A stretch of DNA of 64,000 nucleotides, from NCBI GenBank assembly GCA_965205025.1, contig CBDBFU010000009.1, positions 96,001 through 160,000 of the forward strand, written 5' to 3'. This DNA is from Candidatus Poribacteria bacterium. GTDB lineage: Bacteria > Poribacteria > WGA-4E > WGA-3G. Position numbers and translations under genes: made by a program. Positions within the stretch are counted from its first letter, which is position 1. The number at the start of each line of letters is the position of its first letter. This document shows, piece after piece, positions 1-10,807 of this stretch. The notes under the pieces are model-generated. The model had not been told where the DNA came from. It ran no database searches and saw nothing but the letters and a program-made list of their open reading frames with translations.

Positions 1-134
1 TATATAACCAAACAACAAACATTCCTAAGAATACGTCTAAATTCACCTATATGAAATGTCATATTGAAAAAGGACAACGAAATGAAAAAGGATAAATTTA
101 GAATTTTTTAATTTTCTAATTTAAAACGCTATGA

Positions 135-213
135 AGTCAGTCTATGACAGGGGTTACAGGGGAAATTCATGCCAATTTCAATGTTACACCATGTAACGAA
201 AAGTGTAACTTTT
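135..213 (+). repeat. Diverged partial copy of dispersed repeat family (block A)
   Basis: CAGTCTATGACAGGGGTTACAGGGG...AAAAGTGTAACTTT matches 545-621 and the reverse complement of ~46215-46296. Confidence 0.85.
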
Positions 214-384
214 GCACTTTGAGCGGATTCATTATAGTGAATTAAGATGAGTACGTTAATGTGAGTACGTTAATGGCATTTTATATTTAGGACTTACACT
301 ACCCAATGGACAGTCCAACCTATAATGTATTCTTGGATTAACGATAAGGTTAGAACACAAACTAAAAACCAATAACCAAAAACA

Positions 385-968
385 AATGACTATCCATAAA
401 AACGATCCTAATTACAAAGTTTCAGATACGTCAAAAAAGCATAGCTTTTTAACCGTTAGAAATGTCAAAATCAGAAAGGACAAAAAGAACACAAAATCAC
501 ACATTTTAGAAATTCTTATAAAGTCAATTCAAAGTGGAGTAAAGCCAGTCTATGACAGGGGTTACAGGGGTAATTTACACCAATCTCAATGTCACACCGT
601 GTGACAAAAAGTGTAACTTTTTTCATTTTTTCGAGGCATAGACTCATGCAACGACAACACGATCTACTGTCTGAGATTTAGGATTAAATGTCTGTTTTTA
701 CACCTTATTTTTTGTCTGTATATTAGGATCAACAATTCCAATTCAGAGGGAAACTGAGTATCTAATGATTAGTCTATTTTTTATTGAGTTTTCTATATCA
801 AAAATACCGTACTCCAGCGGAGTACTATGTCTATAGAAAACTCAACACACAATTAAGTTATAGTATAATTAACGGATGTGATTCACGGAAAATTGGTATA
901 ATTAAAATTATAAACCCTTATGGAATAAGGGCTCGTAGAATTGCTCCGTGAAGGTTTCCGTGAAAGTG
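385..968 (+). repeat. ~580 bp dispersed, probably non-coding repeat, copy 1
   Basis: Colinear with the reverse complement of 45801-46453 over its whole length; contains hairpins GTCACA-CCG-TGTGAC, CCCTTAT-GGA-ATAAGGG, TACTCC-AGC-GGAGTA and the inverted pair TTCACGGAAA/TTTCCGTGAA. Confidence 0.9.
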
Positions 969-1021
969 CTATCATCTCAGAAAGCTACATATTAACACTT
1001 TTTCCATTTTCATTAGCCATT

Positions 1022-1126
1022 TATAGTAAAACTTAAAAATAAATACACACTTTCGCCCTCCCACGGTAGGCACGGTTTCTAACCGTGCTGGTGCAAAGTG
1101 TCTCATTAATACTAAGATCCACTATA
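1022..1126. mobile_element. MITE-like element with TATAGT...ACTATA ends (IS630/Correia-like) carrying a GTAG-type hairpin
   Basis: Ends TATAGTAAAACTTA and TAAGATCCACTATA; internal GTAGGCACGGTTTCTAACCGTGC; left end resembles the reverse complement of 54882-54911. Confidence 0.6.
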
Positions 1127-1507
1127 ATCTCACTTTAAAAGTATAAGTAACATTGTTTGTTAATATGACTCTTGAGATTAATATTGATATCCAGATACAA
1201 TAGCAGCATAATGTTTAGTGACAAAAACTTTACACACCTACAAGATATACTGTATTTGACAATTGACTTATTCTATGCTATTACATAATCAGAAACGTAA
1301 AGTGTTGGAAACGCTTGAGGGAGCATTTAATGCTGCGGGTACTATGATTGTACGGGATGGTTCCAGATGGAAAGGTATTTTTCAACTGGTATTCAACGAT
1401 CAAGAGTTTTTGGAAATAACCGATCGACTAAATGATGATGCGTAATCTACAGAAATTAGCATAGCAACGTCCAGTCAACCCTTAAATTAACCGAAAAAGG
1501 AAAGACT

Positions 1508-1915
1508 ATGAAATATGTCTATCACAAAGAGGATGCAGAGGTTGTTCGGATTGAAGGTGATGCACCTCGTACACTCTACACACTCATTGAACCTAAAACC
1601 AGAAATACTGAACATTTTGCTATGGGATTAGAGGAAATTGATCCGAATAGTGAAATACCTATGCACGCACATAGCGAAGCAGAAGAGATAATCTTTGTCT
1701 ACGGCGGGGAAGGGAAGGCTTATGTTGATGGTGAAGAAGCGGATTTAAGACCCGGTACCGTCATTTATCTTCCACCGAATGTTGAACATCGGTTTGTTAA
1801 CACAGGGGATGAGCCACTCTGGATTACATGGACACTTTCACCACCGGGATTTGAAAAGCAGATACGAAAAATCGCTGATGGTTCGGCAGGGATGGAGGTA
1901 TTCAGCGAATCCTAA
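1508..1915 (+). CDS. Cupin domain protein
   Basis: Cupin motifs HAHSEAEEIIFVYGGEG and LRPGTVIYLPPNVEHRFVN. Confidence 0.9.
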   Translation: MKYVYHKEDAEVVRIEGDAPRTLYTLIEPKTRNTEHFAMGLEEIDPNSEIPMHAHSEAEEIIFVYGGEGKAYVDGEEADLRPGTVIYLPPNVEHRFVNTGDEPLWITWTLSPPGFEKQIRKIADGSAGMEVFSES

Positions 1916-4033
1916 TTAGCTCCTTTCTGATGCACTAATAGATGATGGTGCTACATCGTAATGTGAGAATTCTAACGTAAAAGCGCCACGTCCTTGAGTC
2001 ATAGAACGGAGACGGGTGGTATACTGGAAAGTTTCTGCGAGTGGGATAATAGCATTGATAATGTTATTTGCGTCTTCAGATGTAGTCTCATTAATCTGTG
2101 CTCTACGAGAATTCAGATCCCCGATAACTTTTCCTACATGTTCATCTGGTACAGTAATGTGGATTTGCATTATCGGTTCGAGTAGCAGCGGTTTTGCCTT
2201 CCGAATAGCATTTTCAAATGCAGATACAGCCGCCCCTTCATACGCCACCTCCGAACCATCGGTCGGATGTGTGGAACCACCAGTGAGTGTCACTTTGATA
2301 TCCTGCAGAGCATAACCCATAAGTGCTCCAGTTCCCATTGCGCCTTCAATTGCACCTTCAACAGATGGGAGAAACTGTCGTGGAATTTGCGTTTCATCAG
2401 TTCTATCCTCAAGTTGAAATCCTTCATCGCGTTTCAAAGGTTCCACAGTCAGCACAACATCTCCGTAAATACCTTCTTCCTCAGTTTTATGGATATGTGT
2501 ACCGCGTCCTTCGGCTTTACCACTGATTGTTTCTCGATATGCAACCTGTAATTTACTTACGCGTGCATTCACCCCAAATTCTCGAATCATACGGTCAGTG
2601 AGGATTTCTAAATGCAGTTCTCCCATACCTGAGATAATCCGTTGTCCTGTTTCATTATCAATACCGACTGTGAATGTCGGATCTTCGTCCATGAGTTTTT
2701 CGAGTGTTTCCTCCAACGCATCCGTATCACTTGCACGTTCGGGTTCAATGGCAACAGATATTACCGGTGGTGGGAATTCAATTGACTCTAACAGCAGTGG
2801 ATGTTGAACATCAGATAAAGTATGTCCAGTCTTTGTAGTTCGCATGCCAACAAGTGCAACAATGTCCCCCGCATACGCAGCATCACAACTTGCCTCCTTA
2901 TTTGCGTGCATCTGTAGGATACGATTAACTCGTTCCTGTTTTTCTGTAGCCACATTATAGACAACTTCCCCACGTTTGAGTGTACCAGAATACACCCTAC
3001 AGTAGACCAGTTTATCTACAGTATCATGACTCGCCACCTTGAAGGCTAACGCAGAAAAGGGTTCAGCATCGTCGGCATGGCGTTGTATTATTTCGGAACT
3101 ATCAGAATTATCAGTTGATTTTTTTCGTTTTGAGGATTTTGATTTTGATACTTTCGGTTTTTCACCTTCAATCGGTGGCACATCAACAGGAGAGGGAAGA
3201 AAATTAATAACTGCATCAAGTAGAGGTTGGACACCTTGATTCTTTAGTGAACTTCCACATAGGATCGGAATGATACTCCCATGCAAAGTAGCACTTCGGA
3301 TTCCGGTAACAATTTCTTTATCTGAAATCTCGCTCCCATCAAGATACTTTTCCAATAGGTTATCATTTTCAGATGCAACATTTTCAACAAGAGATTCACG
3401 GGCAGCGTTAGCATCCTCTTCATATTCAGAGGGTATCTCGACTTCTTCAAAAGTCTTACCTTGATCGGTTTCATTCCATTGGATAGCTTTCATAGATATT
3501 AGGTCAACCACACCAGCGAAGTCACGTCCCTCTCCAAGGGGTATCTGCAAAGGTACAGGATTTGTTTCAAACCGATCCTCCATCATCTCAAGGACACGTG
3601 TAAAATTTGCACCTACTCTATCCATTTTATTAACGAATGCAATACGCGGAATCTGGTAACGTTCTGCTTGATTCCACACTGTCTCTGATTGTGGTTCAAC
3701 ACCACCGACAGCACAAAACAAGGCGATAACACCATCTAAAACACGAAGTGACCTTTCTACCTCAACGGTGAAATCAACATGTCCAGGCGTATCAATCAGG
3801 TGAATTGCGTGGTCTTGCCAGAAACAAGTTGTTGCAGCGGCAGTGATTGTAACACCCCGTTCCCGTTCCTGTACCATCCAGTCCATTTCTGCAGTACCCT
3901 CATCAACTGTACCAAGCTTGTGTTTTTTGCCTGTGTAGAAGAGGATGCGTTCAGTTGTCGTTGTTTTACCAGCATCAATATGTGCTGCAATACCTATGTT
4001 ACGTACGTTTTCAATTGGATATTCGCGTGCCAT
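1916..4033 (-). CDS. fusA: Elongation factor G paralog (stand-alone, divergent)
   Basis: [18 protein letters not shown] and all five EF-G domains; start moved to [14 protein letters not shown]. Confidence 0.92.
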   Translation of the reverse strand: MAREYPIENVRNIGIAAHIDAGKTTTTERILFYTGKKHKLGTVDEGTAEMDWMVQERERGVTITAAATTCFWQDHAIHLIDTPGHVDFTVEVERSLRVLDGVIALFCAVGGVEPQSETVWNQAERYQIPRIAFVNKMDRVGANFTRVLEMMEDRFETNPVPLQIPLGEGRDFAGVVDLISMKAIQWNETDQGKTFEEVEIPSEYEEDANAARESLVENVASENDNLLEKYLDGSEISDKEIVTGIRSATLHGSIIPILCGSSLKNQGVQPLLDAVINFLPSPVDVPPIEGEKPKVSKSKSSKRKKSTDNSDSSEIIQRHADDAEPFSALAFKVASHDTVDKLVYCRVYSGTLKRGEVVYNVATEKQERVNRILQMHANKEASCDAAYAGDIVALVGMRTTKTGHTLSDVQHPLLLESIEFPPPVISVAIEPERASDTDALEETLEKLMDEDPTFTVGIDNETGQRIISGMGELHLEILTDRMIREFGVNARVSKLQVAYRETISGKAEGRGTHIHKTEEEGIYGDVVLTVEPLKRDEGFQLEDRTDETQIPRQFLPSVEGAIEGAMGTGALMGYALQDIKVTLTGGSTHPTDGSEVAYEGAAVSAFENAIRKAKPLLLEPIMQIHITVPDEHVGKVIGDLNSRRAQINETTSEDANNIINAIIPLAETFQYTTRLRSMTQGRGAFTLEFSHYDVAPSSISASERS

Positions 4034-4061
4034 CTTTTCGTTAAACCTTAGTATTTTATTA

Positions 4062-5063
4062 TCACATCCCATTGTTCCACTGAAGAACCACTCCAAGTAA
4101 TCCAGGATTCCATTCCATAAGCAGTTGATATGCCTTTGGTGCATCCTGTCCAGAAAAACGGTGACTAATCAAGGGGGTCACATTGAAACGTTTTTGACTG
4201 ATAAGGGATATCATCAACCGACAATCATCTTCACTTGTCCAAAAATTCGGTGATGATTCTTGGCGTGGACGAATGGAGTTATGTGCACCATATAGAATAA
4301 GACCTTTTTTATGAACATCCCGATAAAAATTGACATTCGGTGTCTCACCGCGTGTACTTGCCAAGAGCACAAGTCTCGCACCCCAACCCGCTGCATGTAA
4401 TGCGGTTGTAATAGCATCTGGATGTCCAGTTGCCTCAATTACAACCGTAGGACCTTTTTTCATGGTGGCAGCGGCTAACTGATCTGAGAAGTCATTATCT
4501 TCAGGATTGAAGGTATAATCTGCACCGATTTCTTTAGATAATTCAAGCCTACTATCGGTTAAATCGGCAGCAATCACTGGCACTGCCCCACTCAGTTTAG
4601 AAAGCTGCAAGGCAAGTAAACCAATCAATCCTTGTCCAATAACTAATGTAGATTCACCTAATTCAATCCGTGCTTTTCGAACACCTTGCAAGGCTATAGC
4701 ACTAAGATTGTAAAAGACAACTTCTTCTGCAGATACATCAGTTGATTCTACCTTGAGTAAACGTCCCGGATTGGCAGTAAAATGACTCGTATGTCCATGG
4801 GTTGAGGCAAAACGTTTACCCAACAAATCTTGGTTCACATTTTTCCCAACCTCTATGACCTTACCAATATTACTATAGCCGGGACGGGAAGGATATGCAC
4901 CCCGTGCGTTTGGTAGTCCTAATAAGAATGCACGTTCTGTCCCAGGACTAATAAGTGTACATTCACTTGCCACCAAGACTTCATCATCTGGAATTGTTTG
5001 CAGTTCAAATTCTTCAATGTCAACATTGGCACGACTCGGCCAAATAACCCGTTGCCCTTTCAT
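4062..5063 (-). CDS. Zinc-type (MDR family) alcohol dehydrogenase
   Basis: LISPGTE, PGYSNIG, GQGLIG Rossmann motif, VIEATG; start set at MKGQRV. Confidence 0.85.
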   Translation of the reverse strand: MKGQRVIWPSRANVDIEEFELQTIPDDEVLVASECTLISPGTERAFLLGLPNARGAYPSRPGYSNIGKVIEVGKNVNQDLLGKRFASTHGHTSHFTANPGRLLKVESTDVSAEEVVFYNLSAIALQGVRKARIELGESTLVIGQGLIGLLALQLSKLSGAVPVIAADLTDSRLELSKEIGADYTFNPEDNDFSDQLAAATMKKGPTVVIEATGHPDAITTALHAAGWGARLVLLASTRGETPNVNFYRDVHKKGLILYGAHNSIRPRQESSPNFWTSEDDCRLMISLISQKRFNVTPLISHRFSGQDAPKAYQLLMEWNPGLLGVVLQWNNGM

Positions 5064-5221
5064 CAAACATAACCTCTTAAAAGATGAAGGATAGCATTTT
5101 TTGAAGTATATCACAAAAAACGCTATCCCTCAAGTTTTATAATTATTGCAAGCCGAGAATGTTAGACCTAATCTAAACACTAAATTGTCGGTGTCAATGA
5201 TATGTGAAGGATTTCACTGTA

Positions 5222-6838
5222 TTAACGATTATCTTCATTCAAATCAGAATTAATCTTCAGTGTCAGATAATTCACACGACCACTTGGATCTTTAACGTAT
5301 ACCAGTGCCAAATCTTCACCTTTTTCTTCTAATTCTTTGACAACTTTCTTGTAGTCTCTCAGATTCTCAATAGTAACATAATCTATTTCTTTTATGAGAT
5401 GTCCTACTTGAATACCATTATCTGCTGCTGGACTATCTGGCTCAACGTCTACGACAATAACACCTTTTTCGTTATTATAAGCATATCGTCTTGCCAATTC
5501 AGGTGTTAATTCCTGTGTCTGCATTCCAGCAAATTCTTCAGATTCTGGTAGCTCTTCAGGTTCAATCATTTCAGGTTCAGATTCATTAGGACTTAGACTT
5601 GCCATGGCTTCTTCAGTTCGTTGTATCAATTTAGCGGTGAGTTGCTTCACTTTTCCGTTTCGTAGGACTTTAATCTTAACGGATGTACCGACAGGGGTCT
5701 CCGCAATAGTAAACATCAAGTCAGATGACCCTATAACAGGTTTGCCATTAAATTCAACGATGACATCCCCGTGTCTAATTCCGCCTTTTTCTGCTGGACT
5801 ATCCCGTCCAACTGCCTTTACAAATACACCTTGTGTGGAGTCCAATTCCAGTTTATCTGCTAATGCATGAGAAACCGTTTCCATGCGGATTCCAAGCCAA
5901 CCGCGTACAATTTCTCCATTTTCAATTAGTTGTGGAAGAAGAGCATTTGCTGTATTGCTTGGTATAGCGAAACCGATCCCGATATTGCCAGTGTTAAGTC
6001 CAGCAGTAGCAATCAATGTATTTATACCGACCAACTCACCCCGAATATTAATCAGTGCACCACCACTGTTACCACGATTAATTGGCGTATCGGTTTGTAT
6101 GAAATTTCCATACTGAATACTTCTAAACCGTTGACTTCTATTCTTGGCACTAACAATACCACGAGTCACAGATTGGGAGAAGTTTAAAGGGGTTCCAATA
6201 GCAATCACCCACTCTCCTACCTCAAGAGCATCAGAATCACCAAATGGAAGAGCTGGGAGTCCTTCAGCATCAATTTTGAGTACCGCTAAATCGGTACCAC
6301 TTACTTCTGTGTTCCCAGGGTCTTGTCCGATTAATTCTGCAACATACACTTTTCCATTTGGTAAAGTCACTTTGATTTCATTTGCATTATCAATAACGTG
6401 GTTATTTGTTAATATATAACCATCTTCACTGACAATTACGCCTGAACCCACTCCTTGGCTTCGTCTATAAGGTGGTACTTCTTCAGGTGCTGGTATTTCA
6501 TCTGGAAAACGAAACCCGAACCATTCTTCAAGTAATCGTCTACGTGCTAATTCTCTTTCCAATCTGGAATTTGCATCTCTTCTTATCCTGACTCTTGTAT
6601 TGATCTGAACAATAGAGTTCCTTGTTCTCGATACTAAATCTATAAACGCACGATTGGCACGTTCTAAATATTGAAAATCCTGAGATTCTGTGTATTCTGT
6701 ATTGGTTTCACCAATGGCTGTTAGTACTACAAACTCATCTGTACCATTACTTATCACAAGACCTGCCACAACGAAAAGTCCAGCTAATATTAGAAAAATT
6801 GCTGTGCGTTTGTATAGTTTGTTGCTTATATTTAACAT
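5222..6838 (-). CDS. HtrA/DegP (Do) family serine protease with two PDZ domains
   Basis: TNNHV, DLAVLKI and GNSGG catalytic triad motifs; N-terminal TM segment; two PDZ domains. Confidence 0.93.
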   Translation of the reverse strand: MLNISNKLYKRTAIFLILAGLFVVAGLVISNGTDEFVVLTAIGETNTEYTESQDFQYLERANRAFIDLVSRTRNSIVQINTRVRIRRDANSRLERELARRRLLEEWFGFRFPDEIPAPEEVPPYRRSQGVGSGVIVSEDGYILTNNHVIDNANEIKVTLPNGKVYVAELIGQDPGNTEVSGTDLAVLKIDAEGLPALPFGDSDALEVGEWVIAIGTPLNFSQSVTRGIVSAKNRSQRFRSIQYGNFIQTDTPINRGNSGGALINIRGELVGINTLIATAGLNTGNIGIGFAIPSNTANALLPQLIENGEIVRGWLGIRMETVSHALADKLELDSTQGVFVKAVGRDSPAEKGGIRHGDVIVEFNGKPVIGSSDLMFTIAETPVGTSVKIKVLRNGKVKQLTAKLIQRTEEAMASLSPNESEPEMIEPEELPESEEFAGMQTQELTPELARRYAYNNEKGVIVVDVEPDSPAADNGIQVGHLIKEIDYVTIENLRDYKKVVKELEEKGEDLALVYVKDPSGRVNYLTLKINSDLNEDNR

Positions 6839-6951
6839 GGTATTCTATCTCCTGACTAATTTGGTTATCCGTTATTTTCTATAATATTCATGGTATTAAA
6901 CAAAAAACACACCTATTAAGAAATAAAGTTCCAGAAAAAGTTCGAAATAGG

Positions 6952-7302
6952 TTATCCTCCTTGCGAGATTCTTTCAACGTGTTCACGAACAATATGTTCT
7001 GGACATAATTTAATAAATAACCATGATCCTGGGACAAGAATCAAGAAAGCACCAATAACAAGATCATCAATTCGTCCAATGATTGGTAAAAAATCACCAT
7101 CAAATGGATATATAAGGTAGATAATCGCAAAAACACCTGCAAGTATTTCCGCAATTACTAATATCGCTTTCCTATAAATAGGTACACGTTCGTCACGGAA
7201 TAACCGAAATGTCAATCTTATGAAATTTGGGAAATGGACTAAGTATCGTATAAGACGAAATATACCTCGTCCTTTACCACCGAAGAAAAAAGGATTTATC
7301 AT
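6952..7302 (-). CDS. DUF1232/YkvA-like membrane protein
   Basis: D-x-RVP...K and YLIYPFDGDFLPIIGRIDD motifs. Confidence 0.75.
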   Translation of the reverse strand: MINPFFFGGKGRGIFRLIRYLVHFPNFIRLTFRLFRDERVPIYRKAILVIAEILAGVFAIIYLIYPFDGDFLPIIGRIDDLVIGAFLILVPGSWLFIKLCPEHIVREHVERISQGG

Positions 7303-7500
7303 ACAGTAATTGTATCAAAAAAAGGACGTATTGTCCAAATCATTTCGGAGTTAATTGCTATCTGACTGAATTAATATTATTCTTTAGAATTTGGAAATTC
7401 CGAGAAAATCACATCTATATCATATAATCCTTGACACCCACTATATCCTTTATATAAACTATCCTACGAACAGTATTTTGATCTTATTTAAGGAGAAAAT

Positions 7501-8265
7501 ATGGCAACACAACTTGCTGCACAACTTTATACGGTACGAGAATTCACAAAAACCGAGGATGATATTGCTGAAACCATGAACAAAGTCCGACAACTCGGTT
7601 ATGAGGCTGTTCAGTGTTCGGCACTTGGACCTATAGAACCAGAAGCATTAAAGAAAATAATTGACAATGAAGGTATAACAATCTGTGCAACACACACAAG
7701 TTATGCCCGGATGCGGGATGAACCACAAGCTGTCATTGATGAACATCAATTATGGGGATGTAAACACGCAGCGATTGGTGGACTTCCTGGTGAATATCGT
7801 ACCACAGAAGGTTACGCTAAATTTGCAAAAGAAGCATCAGAGGTTGGGGCTCGATTAGCTGAAGGAGGGTTGACATTCTCCTACCATAATCACAGTTTTG
7901 AATTAGAACAGTATGAAGGTCGTACTGGACTTCAAATATTATATGAAGAAAGCGATCCTAAGTATTTTAACAGTGAAATTGACACATATTGGATTCAACA
8001 TGGTGGGGGTGATCCTGCTGAGTGGATACGAAAATTGAAAGGGCGTGCACATATTGTTCATCTCAAGGACATGGTGGTCAAAGAGAATTCTCAACGATAT
8101 GCAGAGGTGGGTGAAGGCAACCTAAATTGGACAGCTATCTTAGATGCTTGTGAATATGCTGGGGTGGAATGGTATATTGTGGAACAGGATTCGTGTTATG
8201 AGCGAGATCCTTTTGAAAGTTTAGGTATCAGTTTTAGGAATTTAAAGGAAATGGGGCTTTCTTAG
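7501..8265 (+). CDS. Sugar phosphate isomerase/epimerase (xylose isomerase-like TIM barrel)
   Basis: QLYTVR, YHNHSFE, EIDTYW, HLKD, IVEQD motifs. Confidence 0.9.
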   Translation: MATQLAAQLYTVREFTKTEDDIAETMNKVRQLGYEAVQCSALGPIEPEALKKIIDNEGITICATHTSYARMRDEPQAVIDEHQLWGCKHAAIGGLPGEYRTTEGYAKFAKEASEVGARLAEGGLTFSYHNHSFELEQYEGRTGLQILYEESDPKYFNSEIDTYWIQHGGGDPAEWIRKLKGRAHIVHLKDMVVKENSQRYAEVGEGNLNWTAILDACEYAGVEWYIVEQDSCYERDPFESLGISFRNLKEMGLS

Positions 8266-8287
8266 TCATAACACCTGAAAACAGAAT

Positions 8288-8330
8288 AAACTTGGCAGAA
8301 CATTCACCTAATGATGTTCTGTCAAGTTTT
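8288..8330 (+). terminator. Hairpin terminator after the isomerase gene
   Basis: AAACTTGGCAGAACAT...ATGTTCTGTCAAGTTTT. Confidence 0.55.
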
Positions 8331-8382
8331 ATAAAGAGTATGACAATTGCTTTATATAGCCAACCGAAGTTCATGATTATTC

Positions 8383-8411
8383 TTGACTTTTAGACATAAT
8401 TGTGATACTAT
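8383..8411 (+). promoter_or_regulatory. Sigma70 promoter for tRNA-Pro
   Basis: TTGACT-17 bp-TACTAT with extended -10 TG, 24 bp upstream of the tRNA. Confidence 0.6.
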
Positions 8412-8435
8412 ATTTTGGTAATTCGATAAATTATA

Positions 8436-8509
8436 CGGGGCGTGGCGCAGCCCGGAAGCGCGCTTGAATGGGGTTCAAGAGGTCGCTGGTTCGAATCCAG
8501 TCGCCCCGA
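8436..8509 (+). tRNA. tRNA-Pro(GGG)
   Basis: Acceptor CGGGGCG/CGCCCCG, anticodon arm CTTGA-ATGGGGT-TCAAG, GGTTCGAATCC T-arm; CCA not encoded. Confidence 0.95.
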
Positions 8510-8591
8510 TTCACGGGTATTTTGGTACATTGATCTGTTACCACTTACCCGGTTTAATTTGTGATAACGCAAAAATAAGGCAGCAACAGAC

Positions 8592-9914
8592 GTGGATAAA
8601 TCGTGTATCAATGTTGGTATATTAGGTTGGGGAACAGTTGGCACTGGTGTCTCAAAGATTCTGATTAATCAGAATGCTCTTATCTCCAAGAACAGTGGTG
8701 TAGAACTATCCTTAGAAAAAGTGGTAAAAAGGTCACTCCCGGCAACCAGAGAAGGGATCGAACTTCCCCCTGACTGTCTAACTACAGATCCTTCTGAAGT
8801 TGTTGATAATCCAGATATTGATATTGTCGTTGAATTGATCGGTGGTGTATCTGAAGCACATTCCCTTATTACTCGTGCAATAGAAAATGGCAAGCATGTT
8901 GTTACAGCCAACAAGGCACTATTAGCTGAACATGGGGGTGAGTTATTCCAATTAGCACAGAAACATCAGGTAAGTCTTAATTTTGAGGCAAGTACTGCTG
9001 GTGGTATCCCTATCATAAAAACCCTGCAAGAGAGTTTCACTGCGAATCAGATTGAATCTCTCTATGGAATAGTCAACGGCACCTGTAACTATATTCTGAC
9101 AGAAATGAATGAGCATGGTGTGGACTTTTCTGATGTACTCGCTGAAGCTCAAGAAAAAGGATATGCGGAAGCTGATCCTACGCTTGATGTTGAAGGAATT
9201 GATGCTGCACAGAAACTCTCACTTCTCATTGCTCTTGCTTATGGTGTAAATCTGTCAATTGACCAATTCCATGTTGAAGGAATAACAGACATATCCCAAA
9301 AAGAGATACAGTATGCTCGTGAACTTGGGTATGTTGTCAAACTAATCGCTATTGCGAAGTTAACAGACGATAATCGCGTGGAAGCACGGGTACATCCTAC
9401 GCTTGTCCCTGAACGGAGTTTATTGGCAAATGTCGGTGGTGCCTACAACGCTGTATGTGTTATCGGTTCGGCAGTTGGCCCTACACTTTTTTATGGACAG
9501 GGTGCAGGGGAAATGCCTACCGCCAGTGCTGTAGTGGCGGATATTATTGATGCTGCAAAGTCTGTGAAGAATGGGATCTACCCAGTTATTTCTCATGCGT
9601 GGTTTCCTGATGTTCCTGCTGAAGTTACAGTCTGCCCGATTGACGATATTCATACACGCTACTATCTACGTTTTGTAGTGATTGATCAACCAGGAGTGTT
9701 AGCGAAAATTGGTAATATATTAGGAGATAATGACATCAGTATTGCCTCTGTGATACAAAAAGAACCTCATGATACCGAAACAGTATCCCTTATGATGTTG
9801 ACACATAAAGCTCTTGAGAAAAACATGACGGCAGCACTTGATGAAATATTAAAGTTGGAAGTTGTCAAGGGTGGTGCGAAACTTATTAGAATTGAAGAAG
9901 AAGTTGACTTCTAA
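8592..9914 (+). CDS. hom: Homoserine dehydrogenase with ACT domain
   Basis: GWGTVG, VVTANK, GIVNGTCNYIL, GYAEADP, C-terminal DQPGVL ACT domain. Confidence 0.95.
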   Translation: MDKSCINVGILGWGTVGTGVSKILINQNALISKNSGVELSLEKVVKRSLPATREGIELPPDCLTTDPSEVVDNPDIDIVVELIGGVSEAHSLITRAIENGKHVVTANKALLAEHGGELFQLAQKHQVSLNFEASTAGGIPIIKTLQESFTANQIESLYGIVNGTCNYILTEMNEHGVDFSDVLAEAQEKGYAEADPTLDVEGIDAAQKLSLLIALAYGVNLSIDQFHVEGITDISQKEIQYARELGYVVKLIAIAKLTDDNRVEARVHPTLVPERSLLANVGGAYNAVCVIGSAVGPTLFYGQGAGEMPTASAVVADIIDAAKSVKNGIYPVISHAWFPDVPAEVTVCPIDDIHTRYYLRFVVIDQPGVLAKIGNILGDNDISIASVIQKEPHDTETVSLMMLTHKALEKNMTAALDEILKLEVVKGGAKLIRIEEEVDF

Positions 9915-9931
9915 ATTCAACCAGAAAAACG

Positions 9932-10555
9932 ATGAAAGATACATTGGTTTTTGACGTCAGGACTATTAAGAATGAAGATTTCAATGAATATGAAGTGGAA
10001 GTTCAACCATCACTACTTGAACTGGAGTTTGATGATGTGAACTTTAATAGTAGTGTCTGTGGAAAAGTCCAATTGCTTCACCATGGTGAGGATAATATAT
10101 ATGTCAAAGCTGAAGTATCTACAGATATTGAAATACAATGCGGTAAATGTCTTGATACGTATAAAGAGGATCTTGAAGCAACCTTTGAAATTCAATTTAC
10201 CCCTTCTACAAACTCTGAAGAAATAGATTCTGGAAATGTTGATGATGAAGAACGCTTCTATGATGGAGAGACATTTAACATCTCCGAAGATGCAAGACAA
10301 GCATTAGTAATTCAGATCCCAGTTTGGCCCCTCTGCTCGCAAGTATGTGAAGGCTTATGTTCCGGTTGTGGAATAAACCTAAATGAAGAAAATTGTACTT
10401 GTCCTGAGACAGAAGTAATTCAAACGGATACACCGGACACCCATTCACCCTTTGCCGATTTAAAACAACTCTTAGATGCAGCAAAAGTAGAAACTGAAAA
10501 TAAGCCAAAGAATCGTAAGGAGATTACTCTAAAAAATGGCACATCCAAAACGTAG
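9932..10555 (+). CDS. yceD: DUF177/YceD protein
   Basis: CGKCL and [20 protein letters not shown] motifs; directly upstream of rpmF. Confidence 0.88.
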   Translation: MKDTLVFDVRTIKNEDFNEYEVEVQPSLLELEFDDVNFNSSVCGKVQLLHHGEDNIYVKAEVSTDIEIQCGKCLDTYKEDLEATFEIQFTPSTNSEEIDSGNVDDEERFYDGETFNISEDARQALVIQIPVWPLCSQVCEGLCSGCGINLNEENCTCPETEVIQTDTPDTHSPFADLKQLLDAAKVETENKPKNRKEITLKNGTSKT

Positions 10556-10724
10556 AACTTCACGATCTAAAAAAAGAATGCGGAGAAGTCATCATGCACT
10601 CCGGAATCAAGTTATTACTGATTGTTCCTATTGTGGTGAAATGATGGTTTCTCATCGTGTCTGTACACATTGTGGACACTATAAGGGTAGATCAATTCTA
10701 AAGACTACTGAGGAAGAAGGTTAG
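10536..10724 (+). CDS. rpmF: 50S ribosomal protein L32
   Basis: MAHPKRRTS, CxxC...HRVCxxCG. Confidence 0.96.
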   Translation: MAHPKRRTSRSKKRMRRSHHALRNQVITDCSYCGEMMVSHRVCTHCGHYKGRSILKTTEEEG

Positions 10725-10807
10725 CATTCACGTCTCATTTCTTGCCGATACTATATATCTATAATCTTGTGTAGATATTCATTATCGACTTATAAGGGTT
10801 CTTAAAT

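Noticed and set aside
248-299. 14 bp tandem duplication TGAGTACGTTAATG and a lone TAGGACTTACAC resembling the 57251 MITE end
   Set aside because: No matching opposite end found; at most a scar
386-604. 72 aa ORF at the start of the long repeat as a real gene
   Set aside because: The other two copies have TAA at the codon 50 position and differences are mostly non-synonymous; no RBS. A shorter 48 aa peptide cannot be fully excluded.
1263-1445. 60 aa ORF
   Set aside because: Weak TTG start, no recognisable motif; possibly a gene fragment
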